This document shows positions 50,601 to 63,745 of a stretch of DNA of 64,000 nt, one piece after another. Within the stretch, counting starts at the first letter, position 1; each line of letters opens with the position of its first letter. The translations under genes and the position numbers were made by a program. The DNA is from Cycas panzhihuaensis. Taxonomy: Eukaryota; Plantae; Cycadophyta. The DNA is taken from positions 223,269,741-223,333,740 of the forward strand of contig CM041465.1 in assembly GCA_023213395.1 (NCBI GenBank). Reading direction: 5' to 3'. The notes below the pieces were generated by a model. That model searched no databases. It was given only the letters and a program-made list of their open reading frames with translations, and was not told where the DNA came from.

Positions 50601-52356
50601 AATTTTTATTATAACCTCCTCTATGATTCTCATTGAAGTTGTTTCCCATATTTTTTGCCATGTTGTTTAAAGGATTGAACTGTTCTTCCTCTACTTTTGT
50701 TCTCTCTGTGATGGGAATCCTTGACTCTATGATACCAAAAGTGAGGTTGAGATGGCCTCCTAGCTCTTCTATGAGGAGATTGAATAAATTCCTCCTCTAC
50801 ACCTCTACTCCTAAGAAGATAGTTATAAGTCATCCTTAGCTATTCAGACAACCTAAAATTTTCTTGTTCTAATTGAAATTTAAGAAAGAAAAAGTTATAC
50901 TAAAGCTTACTTCAGTACGCACAATGTTTTAGATTAGTTAGTCCCCAATATAGGCACCATTTTGTCGCCACTCTCTGTTTATGTGTCATCTATAATTCCT
51001 TAATGATGGAGGACTAGTCTGCAAATACCCAAGGCTAACTCAAAGACAATGATCAATAATAAGGGTTTAATATACCCTTTGCTTTAGTAGGAACAATTCC
51101 TTTTAGAGGATGTGGCCAGTGTTGTTATAAAAACCAAAAATATCCTAAGTCTATAAGATATGGTTGGTATTGTTACATATACACATTAGTAAACATCCTT
51201 AAGCCTAAGCAGAGGGAAAGATAAAGATCTAGTGAGAGGTATTCTAATAGAGTATCAGGTTATTACTTGAGGAAACTAGCCTTGTTAAATCATTCAGCCA
51301 CAAATCTGAAAATTTATTAAATGAAAGAAGGCTAAGAAAGAGAAGAATACCAAGTTTGTGTATAGGAAGACCAACCCAACTAAATCACCTAGTTCACTAA
51401 CTAGATAGTTAAAGGAAGAGGGTTGAAGAAGGAAAGAGTACCAAATTATCCTCTAAGTAGACTAGCCCTACTAAATCACCTTATCCAACAATTGGATATT
51501 CAAATGGAGAAAAGATATGCAAAAAGAGAATGAGAATGACTAAATATATAATGTCAAATAACACTTAAACATACCAACTAAGCTAAATAATCTGATTTGT
51601 TGTTTGAGATATCAAATCCTAACTGCAAACTAACCAAGACTAGGCACTAATTCATACACAGAATCATTTCCTTGAACTAATAACTAGATAGACTAAACCA
51701 TTAGAACATTGAAAGAAAAACAATTGTAATTTTAATTTAAAAGAATGAAAAAGAGACTAATATCTTATACTTCCCTCAAAATTTCATATTACAGAGTGAT
51801 GATACCTTTATCCAACATCCTACTATTAGAATATTCATAATAATGAAGGTTTATAAATCTATCTATCTATGTATCTCTCTATTTATTAATTAATCATTCA
51901 ATATATATATATGAAAATGTTTTATAAATGCACCAACTAGGTTAATGAATTTATATTACACATAGATACCTAAGAATAAGAAGTTTATGATAGAAAATAA
52001 GAGTAAAGCTACCTAGAGTTCTAGAATGAATTAGAATGCAATCCTTGTCCAGGGACTAATGGATACTAACAACTACAACTTTGGCCCATATGATACTTCC
52101 ACTACTATTGGGCTTCTTCCCATAACCTAAGATTCTCACATGATTTTACCTCTATAAACTAAAAACCTAAGAGGGACCAAAAAATTTTAGACTCTAGAAA
52201 ATAGTTGAATGTGGAAGGAAGGAAGAAAAAAAGGTAAAAAATTAGAGTAAAAAAATGTATACTAGTTAGGCTAGTGGAAGTTGAATGATTATTTCTTACA
52301 CCCTTCCCTTTTATCCTTTCTTTCATCTTCATGTTTCAGGTAATAAGGCTTCAACA

Positions 52357-53273
52357 TGTTTAGCCACTTTGTTAGCCTGCAATTAGGATTGCTATCATGC
52401 AAGTCACAAAAAAATTCTTCTTCCCTATCTTTTTTGAAATACTTCCTGCTTATTTGTAATTGGTGTAATAATAATGGTATATTAACTCTGAATTTGTATG
52501 ACTCTTGATCAGTTGAACCATCTTTTTAAGGATCTAATCCTCATAATCTAATCATGCAATTACCTAAGTGCACATATGCGGCCCACCCCTTTACTTCTTC
52601 AACCTAGCATTATGTTCCCTTTTCTGTAAATGATTCACCCATCCTAGCTACCAATTCTTGTTTTAATTTTGGAATTAATTACAAGTTGACTACTTATATA
52701 TTGGCCTCCAACTTGTATACTTCCTCCTTAATTAGGGTGAGCATGCCATTCTCTTTTCTTATGAGACTTTAGAGGCATGCATCATGAGAAGCCTATTTAT
52801 GCATTTGCAAAGCCCATTCATTGGGCTTTGTTTCTTGGCTAGCGACAAATTCTTCTATGAATTCCTTTGTCTCCATCTCTAATGTCTTAATGAATTCCTC
52901 TTTTCTCATAAGTTCCTCCTTGTCTAGATAATAGACATTATACTCATCTATTAAGGAATTCAAGTCAACATATATAGGTTGTACTATACCCTCTAACTTT
53001 TTAGCCCCTTTAACCACCCTTTCAGCCTGAGGTACATGAGTGCTTAGTGTATGTTGCCATTCATGAATGAATGGCTTTACTTGATTACCTTGAGAACCCA
53101 ACTTGGCCACTAATTTGAAGGTGTAAAATAAGCTAGACTTGTGTAACTCTAGATCAAGCAGCTTTTGAACCCTACTAAAGACTTGCTTAAGTCTAGTTAA
53201 CCTTCTCTTAAGATCGAATAATTTGTTCATAAAGTCCCATAGGCTTGGGACTTCATGTTTGTTCACCTCTACT
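52357..53273 (-). mobile_element. PPT plus extra-ORF 3' end of a second Tat unit abutting the 50963-52356 LTR
   Basis: Aligns to 42339-43250; contains most of ORF 52793..53356. Confidence 0.8.
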
Positions 53274-56200
53274 TGCACTTCTATCTCCCGGCTACTAGGA
53301 ATGGATTGGGACACCATCACATAGGTATGGTCAGGTATATATTCTTTCTCTTGCACTTTGTCATATTCATACAGTTATTATGGTGTGTGATGTTTGTATA
53401 GCTACTTGAGTGCTTGATTGGTTTGCTTGATCATCTTGTCTATGCATGACATCTGCCTATGATGACTAGGACTCCAGTCCGATGGTATGATAGCTCCTAA
53501 GTGATCTCTCTCCTGGTTACAGGTACTCAGGGGCCTCTATAACCCAACTTATATACACCTTGATCTACTTCATTACACCTACCTTTTTCCTCTCTACCTC
53601 ATCTATCCCTTGATATGTCCAAGGGAGTTTACTGAGAGTTTTAGTGGGTAGGTGTCCCCCTTCCCCACTCTAATTACTTGCTCGTTACTTGATTTCTCCT
53701 TGTACCTCATCTAGATTCACTGCCTATCCTCCTTTTATGTTCTGGCACCTTGATTGTTGCCATTTTCATGAGGTTCTGACCCTATTAGGTGACATTTGTC
53801 ATGCATTTTCGCATGTTATTAGTATGTAGAGTGGTCCTAGGTTAGTACATAGACCTTTGGGGAGGAGTTCCAAGCCCTTGGTAGGGGCTGCTCCCCCTTC
53901 TTACTCTATTTTATTATTTATTATTACCATCTTGTGTTTTTGTTACTGCCCCACAACCTTTTCTGTCTACCCCACTCTGATTATTGTGCACTGCTAATAT
54001 ATTAGTGATGCCATGAATAAGTTCACGGTGCAATGATTATGAGGTTTATCGCAGCGAGAAACAACTAATTCTAGGAATTGCGACTGGACGACAAACTACC
54101 CACCTTAGGACTCACCCACATTGAGCCCTAATGGCCTCAAGGCCTCCCCAAATAAACAAAAACCCTAAATTTTGAATTTATTAGGATCATTCATTCACTC
54201 AACTGGAAAAAAAAAAAAAAACACTCTTTGTAAGAAAACAACTCTCTTCTTTCCTTCTTCCTTCTCCAATTCTCTTCCACTCCTCTTACACATAGGAATT
54301 ATAGTTTTTCTTCCACAAGTAAGGAGAAGATAACCAAGAGCAGGCCAAGCCAAGTAAGGAGGGCCTTCCCATTAAGCAAACGACAAAGGATATCCTCCTT
54401 CTCTTCACAAAATGGAGGCTTCATCTCCTCCAATATTGCTCTTCACTTTGTAACATCATCCTTGCATGGTAAATCTATTTTCTCTGATTTTCCTTTGCTA
54501 GAATCTCATTTTTTGTGGTTTACACTTTGTTATTTTTTTAGCCATATTACCTTAAATCTATGATTAGGTTAGTTTTGTATTGATTTTGGGCCATATTTTG
54601 CTTAGTGCAAGGAGGCAGTACCTCCTTTTCACCATTTTTCTCACCCTCCACATACCAAACCTTCTAGATTTTGGAAACAATAAAGCCAAACCAAGCTAAG
54701 GGAGCTTGTGAAGAGTCCCATAGGCTGAAGTTTTAACTTCTAAAGATGCCTCTCACTTGCGTAATCCCTTCCCCTATACTTTGAGGCACATTTCCTTACA
54801 CTCCACCCTAGTTTTAGGGTTTTGGTTTGTTGTGAAGCCTACACACATACATATCCACTTTGTACTTATAAACTCTAGCCAAGTGAGCTATCCATAGCTC
54901 ATAGGGATCCATCACTGTTTAGAGGAGCTTGCCATCCCAAGGCAACACTCTTTTTCTTTCTTATTTTTACATATTGTGATTGTTGCAAACACTCACTAAA
55001 ATCACTAAACAAGAAACATATGACCTTGTATTTGTTTCACCCTTGGTTTACACATCCATATACTAATGTTGTGTATCAAGAATATACATACATATACATA
55101 TCTTGCTTGTGGGAGGACTTGCTCTCTCTTGTGCTATAGGCCGGAGATCGTTTTACAAACCAATCAACAAATCACAAAAAGGGCAACATTTCATTTGTTT
55201 CTAGTTTTGTTTCCGCTTCATTTCCAATTTTTATTCTTGTATTATTTCTTTATTAGGGACGGTAAATAAGCCCTATTTGGAGGATAGGGGAAGGTAAGGA
55301 AGCCTCGCCAAAACTCCATCAACAATATTACAATAACGAGAGGAGTGAAGTTTCCGATGAAGAGGGTGCATGGAGAAGGAGTTGTGTCGCTCCATCAACC
55401 ATCATGTATTCGGGTGCACTCCATCCAACCCTTCCTCTCTTCATTCCTTTCACCCCCATTTTTTACCCTTAAACAAAATATATCAAAATGGAGAAATATT
55501 CTACATCATTTCTTTTGCACATTTGCATGTTACATGAGAAAGAAAGCATAACACAAACTAAACTCCCTTTCTTCTCCTTTTTTGTATTAGGAACAAAGTT
55601 TTGCATGTTTCCTTTTTCTCTTTGACCCTATACATTGCATATTGAAAAGATAAAAGTAAAGTGCACTTGATTCCTTATTTGTACCAATAGGAAATATCAT
55701 TACATCTCTCTTATTAGTTGCATTGAAAAAGTAACTAGTTGCATGTAAATGGTCACTACATTCTCTCTCTCTTCTTTCATCCCCTTAAATAATCTTTTGA
55801 GAGAAGAGAAATTGAGAGTGAGGGAGAGTAGTTAGTTTAATTTGTCATCATCTTTCATTTGCAACATAAACATTACAATAATTAACATCACCATAATCAT
55901 TAATTAGAAACAAACCTACCTACAACAAACAAACAAGCACCAGCCTACCTATCTTCTCCTCACAACCCGAGGGAAGTTCGAAACTTAGTTGCAACCAAGC
56001 GATTGCAACATCTCCCCACCCTATACACCTAACATTGTAAAGCTTAGCTTCTTAAGGGTAATCCTTAAGCACTAAAACCACCTACCTCAGACTCTTATTT
56101 GCAACAATCATTACTCTTTCTTTCTTGCTTCTAGGGTTCCTTTCTGCAAGAAACCACTATTTTTTCATCTCCCTTTCAAGAGGAGATCTTCTTTCCTCTC

Positions 56201-58153
56201 TTTCCCCTTAAGGGTAGGAGAGTCCTACCTTTGGCTACTATACAACTTAAGGATGCCTTTCTCATTCCATTTATTTCACATCAAGGAGGTTCCCTTGGAA
56301 GATAGGTGACTAACACTCGGTTGCGGTTCCTTGAACCTGCGTTCTAACATGTAGATGCCCTTTGAGGGTAACCTATACTACCTTTGAGGTCTCTAGGCCC
56401 CTTTTGTAGTTTTAGTATTGGCTTAGAAGTCCTTATTAATAGTGACCCCCCAGAGGCGCAGTTCCACTGGTGACCATACTAGGGAACTTCCAGTAAGGGA
56501 ATACCATAGTTCTCTTTGTGTTAGCATTTGCCTTGCTTTCCTTTCTATACCTTCTAGATTTGTTGGGCACCCCCCTACACCTCTATCATTCTATTTGTTA
56601 TAATTTCTTTCATGACTTTAGGCAAGATGTGAATGTAGTGTTTCTCTCGTCGCCTGCAAGGTCTTCCTCCCATCTTGGAAGAGTCTTCGTATTCCTACAT
56701 TGCCTTATCTAATTCTGAATCAGCAATGGAGGGATACCCATCAGAATGGGCATATCATACCAATGTTTCTGAGACTCAAGCTCAGATTCCAACTTCCCTT
56801 CAAGATTCTACCCAAGAAGGCGATGATCCAATCTTTTACCCAGGTGACCAAGAGCACCCCGATTATCATCAGCTTTCCATGCACGACATGTATGCATCTA
56901 CTTCTAGGGAGTACTATCACCTTGGTGATAGTTCCCATGAGGACTGCTCTATGAGTCCCATCTCACATGAGGAGCCTTCCACCTCATATGAGCAAGCGAG
57001 AACACTTCCCCTTAGCCCCAAATTGCCAAGAATGTTGTAGAAGCGTTGCAACAATGCTTCTAAGCTACAAGTGCCCAATCACCTTCGACATGGCTGGAAA
57101 GCATCCTTTGTAGCATGGCACTATCTTCTTCCACATTTGTACCTTTTGGTCCTTCTCCACCCATATCCATGGTCATGATAGGACCTGCTCTTATTGTTTC
57201 CTCTTTTTCACACATCTCTCATGTTCAAGGGACTATCAAGGGTACACTCACATCCCAAATTAGGTTGAGCATACCCCTTCCAAGTCATGCAAGCATGCCT
57301 CAACCAACTTTGGTTCATGCTCCTCTCACATGACCTAGGTGACCTTCACATCCCCAATATTTAGGCCAGATGGGATCCCTCCCCATGCATCCTCATCCAT
57401 AATTAGTTGAGTCTTTTCTTTACGTGCCCCTGGGTTATATGTCCTAACTTTGGGGGCATGGAAAGGGAAACCCTCTTCTGATTTATGAGGTAGATCTGCA
57501 ACACCCTTATGATGTTGCACCTCCTACAGGTGGCCCATTTGGGTAAAACTATGTATCACATCCACCCTCTTCCTCTTCATGTTTAATCCCATACACGATG
57601 CCTTCACGAGGAGGATCTGTCTCTCCTCAAGGCCCATTCTCTCATATGCCCTCCCAACAAGGGTTATATCCTCAAGGAGGAATGGGTCCCTCTTGCCCAC
57701 TTCCCTTCTACCCAACCTTTCCTCAAATAGGAATGGCTCATTCTTACCAATCAGGTGGGAACCCATATTCTTCATATGCTTAAACCCCTCAAGGAGGACC
57801 TAAGTATCCTTTATCTCTCATTGACCCTTTAACTTAACCTAGGGTTCATCCCTTCATTGACTACAAGTCAACTCCATCATCCATCAAAGTGCTTAGGACC
57901 AACCTACTACCTCACCCTCCTGGGTACCAAAATTTGACGGTACCTTATCGCAAGACCCAACCGAATATGTCAGGACTTTCTCTATGGTATGTATCAATTA
58001 TTGGGCTTATAACCACATCCTGATGAAACTATTTACTCACTCTTTGTATGGAGATGCCCTCAAATGGTTTTATTGTCTCCCTACCCACTCAATCCACACT
58101 TACCAAGAATTGGTAGATAAGTTTGTTAACTACTTCAATATAACTCATACTTT
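53274..58153 (+). mobile_element. Tat/Ogre-like Gypsy element, 5' part: ~3.2 kb LTR (53274-56460), PBS, Pro/Ser-rich gag N-terminus, capsid
   Basis: Inverted ends TGCACTTCT..AGAGGCGCA; PBS-like TGGTGACCATACTAGGGA at 56468-56485; PKFDGTLSQDPTEYVRTF..LMKLFTHSLYGDALKWFYCLP..YQELVDKF at ~57925-58135. Confidence 0.75.
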
Positions 58154-58899
58154 TGAGAGTGGGAATCTGAAAAGAGTGGATCTATCCTTCATCTCCATGC
58201 ACTAAACACAAAGGCAAACATGGGAGCAAGAGAGACTTGAGAGAAAGAAAGTAGCTCTCACAAAATGGGGAGGTAAGAATAAATCTCCTCCATTGAGCTT
58301 TTACTTTTATATTGAGAGAGGGAGCATTAGAGTTAGGTGAAATGAAATTACACATAATGCACATGAAAGTGCATTTTACTTAAGTGATCTAATTTAAAGT
58401 TCACTTAAGACCCTTTTTCGAAATAATCAAGTAATGTAATGACCTTATGTCATTAACCCTTTTCAATCTCCCCCTTAATGGTAGAAGGTCATTTCATCCT
58501 ATTTTATTCTATCCTATGAGGTCTTCATTTGAGCCTCTTACAAAGCAAACTACTATGACACTTTTGTGGGGAACCCTCATTGGGAAGAAAACCCATAAAT
58601 TTTGTAATCTACTAACCTAGATCAGGTGGCTCTTTAAATGTATCTAGATAGCCAAGCAGTACAATGAATTTTGTAGCTAAAATCTACTGAGTCTCCATAT
58701 ACCATTTGGTCATCCCCCATGCCCTTTCAGGTTTTCATAGGTTCTGATTTTCCAAAATGATACAACCCTTATCCTTTCGTGCCCACATGGGGTTTTCACG
58801 AATGGGATAGATTAGAGACTTACTCTTGTCCTTTCGCACCCACAAGGGGTTTTCACGAATGAGACAGAGTATGATGGTCCTATTGTCATCTCCTTCAAT

Positions 58900-61800
58900 C
58901 AGTCAGAGATGGAGGCCCTAAGGCCGAGTTGCTTTCGAAACTATTCAAACTTCACCCTCTTCAGTGGTTTAGTGAAGATATCGACCACTTGATCTACTGT
59001 GGGACAGTACTCCAGTTGAATTGTGCCGTCATGAACTAGTTCTCTAATCCTGTGGACTTTTGCACTTATATGTTTGGTATAATAATGAAATACATGATTT
59101 TTAGCCATCTAGATTGTAGATTGATTATCTACATGTAAGCTAGTAGAACTTGTTTGGGTGGCATTTAATGTATTCAACAATTTTCTAAGCCATATCACCT
59201 CCTTGCTTGTCTCGTATGAAGAATGTACTCGGCCTTCAGCTTGAGTCTGCAACTATCTTCTACCGTCTCGATCTCCATGATATTGGTGCTATTCCAAGAA
59301 ATGTTACATACCCAGACATAGATCTTCCTGTGTCTTTATCTTCGGCAAAGTCTGAGTCTGTGTATGCATAAAGTTTAAATTCTGCATTGGGTTCGTACAA
59401 TAGACCATATTTGCTAGTCGTCTTTAGGTACCTCAACACTCGTATTACAACTTGCCAATGATTCTGCTTAGGATTTGTCATGAATCTTGCAAGAATGCCA
59501 ACAGAGTATGCAATATCTAACCTTGTGTTGGTAGTATAGATGAGACTACCTACAAGTTGCCTATAGAGTGTTGCATCTACCTCCCTATTGTCACCATCAA
59601 CTGAGAGTTTAATATCAGGCTCCATAGGTGTATCCATTAGTTGAGCACCTTCCAACTAAAACTTTGTCAGAAGATTATTGATATATTTTTCTTAGGAGAG
59701 AAATATTTTTCCATCGTTTTGAGTTACTTCAATTCCCAAGTAATATTTCATCAACCCGAGGTTAGACAATTCAAAAGTTTTAGCAAGGTCCTTCTTCACC
59801 GGCCGACACTGTTCACTATTCCCTGTTATGAGCATGCCATCCACAAAGATTAAGAGGTAAGTGACTCTATCATTTTAGAACTTGATGAATAATGTTACAT
59901 TAATATCTTGATAGTCACAAACCTCATATCCAAGTTGACTCATTCTTTCAGACAACTTGGTAAACCAAGCATGAGGGGCTTGCTTTAGGCCGTACAAGGA
60001 CTTTTTGAGCCTGTAAACTTTATACTCCTGACTGTCAATCTCATATCCTTCTGGCTGAGCCATATAAATTTCTTCTTTAAGGTCCCCATTGAGAAATGCA
60101 GTTTTAACATCGAGTTGGTGGATTTTCCAACCAATTTGAGTAGCCAAGGCTATAAGAGTTCTGATTGTAGGCCATTTGGTTGTAGGAGCAAAGATTTCAG
60201 TGTAGTCAATGCTTTCCCTTTGTGTAAACCCTTTTGCTACCAACCTCGCCTTATGTTTTTCTAGGGTGCTATTTGATCTATACTTGTTTTTGAACACCCA
60301 TTTATTTTGAACTACCTTTCTTCCAAGTGGTAGATCAATAAGCTCCCATGTATCGTTCTTAATAAGAGATTGATACTCTTCGTTCATGGCATTTCTCCAA
60401 GCTGTATGCTTTACAGCTTCTTGGTATGTTAGGGGCTCTTCATTAAGAGCAAGATGCAGTTTTGTTGGTTCAAGCTCAATGGAAAGTGATTCATGCATCC
60501 TTTCTCTATGGGCACTTCTAGTGCCAGTTTTGCCTACCTCATCTGGTCGCATGTCCTTGTATAGCTAGTAGGCTTCACGAAAACCTTGAGTTGGGAATGA
60601 GGTTTTCATTTCCACAACCTCTTGATCTTCATTTTGATCCTGAAAAGGATCATGTGAAATATTTGGCACAGAGAAAGTTGACGATGCTGGAGAAGATGGG
60701 CCAACCACAGATGTTGGAGAAGATGATCCTTCTGCTATGGCTTTGCCCTTGTCAACTTGGCTATTCACAAATGATGGTGCTGGATGTGTACACATTGGCT
60801 TGGAGTCACAGCTCATATCCTCTGAGGCTCTATTGTCAGATTCCAAGATTTTATGCAACTGTTCAATATCTCCCCCTCTAAATTTTGGAATTTGGACATC
60901 AAATTTAGTAGCATCATTAAATCGGTATGAAGGCATCTTGGAGTCAAGTCTGAGTAATTGATCTTCAGTCTCTGTAAAGATAACATCTCTAGTGATGATG
61001 ATTTTTCATTGTGAAGGTATGAAAACCTTGTATCCCTTTTTGTCCATAGGGTATTTGACAAAGATGCCTTTCATGGCTCCATCTTGGAGCTTATTTCTAT
61101 GTTCCTCCAGAATATGTGCATAACAAGTAGAGCCAAAAATTCTGAAATGGGAGATATAGGGGGTTTGTCCATACCACATTTCATGTGGAGAGGGGATGAG
61201 CTTGGAGGGACTAACAGTGTTGATGCAATACATAGCAGTCCAGCTAGCCTCATCCCAAAGATAGATAGGGACATTCTTATATACCAGCATAGCACGAGCC
61301 ATATTCATTATGGTCCTGTTCATGCGCTCGACAACTCCATTTTACTAGGGTGTACCTACAATAGTCGTGTGATGTTTGATTCCATGTTGACATAGGTATG
61401 ATTCAAACTCATTGGATGTGTACACGTCACCATTCTCAGTCCTGAGTATTTTGATCTTGAATCCAGATTCATTTTCCACGCGGGCCTTGAAAGCTTGAAA
61501 CATAGAAAAAGCTTCATCTTTCTTTGCAAGAAAAGCAACCCATACTTTCTTGGTAAAATCATCAATGAAAGTAATATAGTACCACTTCTGTTTAAGAGAA
61601 GGGATGGGCATAGGACCTCATATATTTGAGTGTACAAGCTGCAAAGGTTGGCTAGATTTCCACTGACTACAAGGAAAGGGTTGTCTTTGAGATTTAGCAA
61701 TAATACATGCTTCACATATAAAGGGCTTAGAGGGAAACTTAGGCAAACCAGGAAGAGTGTCTTGTAGTTCTCTTAAACGATCAATTTTGATATGGCCCAT

Positions 61801-63453
61801 ACGAGCATGCCATAGAGCTGCTTGGGACAATTTTTGAGGAGTCAGGGTTGTGGTAAAAGCAAGTTCATCATCAACATAGTTGGCTTTAGAGGATGGTGAG
61901 CTAGTTAGGCAAAAACGTTTGCCATCAAGAATTCCAGTCATAACCATAACATTTGAAGGAGGGTGAATGACACAGAAAGTTTGATTGTTTGCAATTATAC
62001 TTAGATCAAATCCATGAGAGACAAGGGTGGACAGGGAGAGTAGATTCTTCTTCAGAGTAGGAATATATAAAACATCAACAAGTGTAAAATCTGGAAGGCC
62101 TGGGAGTTTCAGGCAAATAGTTCCAAGTCCTTCGACCGGCTGAGATGATTTGTCAACTATGTGTACAACACCATGAATTTCAGAGTCAAAATCTTGAAAG
62201 AACTGGCAATGACAAGTCATGTGTTGTGTTGCTCCAGTATCCACGATCCACGATCAAGTATTTGAGATAGCATTATTTGCAACTCCAAGTGGTGAAGGCA
62301 AAAGTGAATAAGCATAGCCACAATGAGCCTCAATATACTTAGTGGATCTATCAACAACATTGGATGAAGTGGTCCCAATTCTTTGAAGGTGTGCATGAGC
62401 AAATTGCGTTCTACCAAAAGCATCTTCAAAAGAACTATTATCAACATTATATGCACCATGGTGCTGTTGATAACTTGGTAGTTTGTTGGTGGCAGTTTTG
62501 CAATTTTTGGTATAATGTCCTTTTCTATTATACTTTTGGCACACGATTGTTTGATTTCCAGTCCAAGTATTGGGCTAGTTGGATTGTCTCTCGACATCGG
62601 ATCTAGGTCTAGGTTGATTATTTTGGCCTTGGCCTTGAGACTGTTTTTGTTGGAATTAAGGAGCCTGTTGACTAAGAGGACGTTGTCCTTGTTGTCTACC
62701 TCTTCCTGTTCCATGGGAATTACCACCTCTATGAGAGTATTGACCTTGATTTTTGGTGTAACAAAGATTTTCTTCCACTTCAAAAGCAGCATCAACTGGA
62801 TCTGATGTAGTGGAAAAGTTGGTATCAAAGGTTTTATTAAATTCAATAAACTTATCAGCAAGATCCTTAAAGTTTAGGGTCTTCAAAGTGCCATTAGATT
62901 GAAGACTTCCCAATAGATTTTTATAATCTAGGATATGGAGACATGACTGAATCAAGAAAGCCCATGTAATGCATTGAGTTTTAAAATCTTTATCAATGGC
63001 TTACTTGATTGAACAAAGGAGATTGATTATCTCACTTACAAGTCCTTTATGCATTTTCAATTTGTTCATCTTCAACACTAAGTGAACAAATTCTAAGTCT
63101 AATTTAGTGTCAAAGTTATTCTTAAGAACTTCAAGAACTTTCCATGATGTATCATGTACAATTTCATCAATGAGATTATGCAGGGAATAATCAGTGACAA
63201 GCTGTATCCCTGCACAGATTTTATCATCATCAAGTTCCCATTGGCGTTTAGCTACAGCTTCAGTGGGAGCAATTGCAGCACCTCCTGCTGAAGCAGTTGT
63301 GGTAGCTGTAGCTACAACAGGTGGTGTAGGTTGTAAATGATCTCTCCATAGACCTTCATACTTTGCAACATTTCTGACACCAGTGAACCACATGTCTCAA
63401 TTTTCTTTCCCTTTTAGAATGCAGTTCACATTTTGCTTAAACTGTGAAGACAT
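58900..63453 (-). pseudogene. Copia gag-pol, frameshifted, RT active site FVDG
   Basis: MSSQFKQNVNCILKGKEN*DMWF; CQKYNRKGHYTKNC; WIVDTGATQHM; LWHARMGH..CEACIIAK; FIDDFTKKVWV; QLDVKTAFLNG; LKKSLYGLKQAP; YTDSDFA. Confidence 0.95.
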
Positions 63454-63617
63454 GGTGTCTTTTTATAAGGGAAGAAATAAACAAGGGACTATAAAAGTGA
63501 TGGCAATAAATGACTGATCACGATTTACAAATGGGAAATGTAATGAAGTAGTGTAGCAGAAGGAAGAAGAAATGAGAATGGTTACTCAAAGATGAAGGGA
63601 GCAACTTAGAGAAAAGT

Positions 63618-63745
63618 CACTAACACTTGTGACAAATATTAACCTGACACAGTAGGAATATGAGAAGCACTATGATAAAAATTGGCCACTAACACTTATG
63701 GAAAATATTATCATGACGTAGCAGGAATATGAGAAGCACTATGAT
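63618..63745. repeat. ~69-bp tandem duplication in the Copia 5' UTR
   Basis: CACTAACACTT..GGAATATGAGAAGCACTATGAT occurs twice. Confidence 0.85.

Larger units (their letters stand above)
37500..52356 (-). mobile_element. Ty3/Gypsy Tat element (TatI/TatII-type domain order), decayed
   Basis: LTRs 37500-42338 (interrupted) and 50963-52356, non-Met PBS TGGTGCCTATATTGGGGAC at 50941-50959, PPT AAAGTGGGTGACA at ~42339-42351; gag-PR-aRH-RT-RH-INT-eORF on the minus strand. Confidence 0.85.

Noticed and set aside
52793-53356. 187-aa ORF as a standalone gene
   Set aside because: Chimeric: the first ~27 codons come from the LTR inserted at 53274 and the rest is the Tat extra-ORF remnant.
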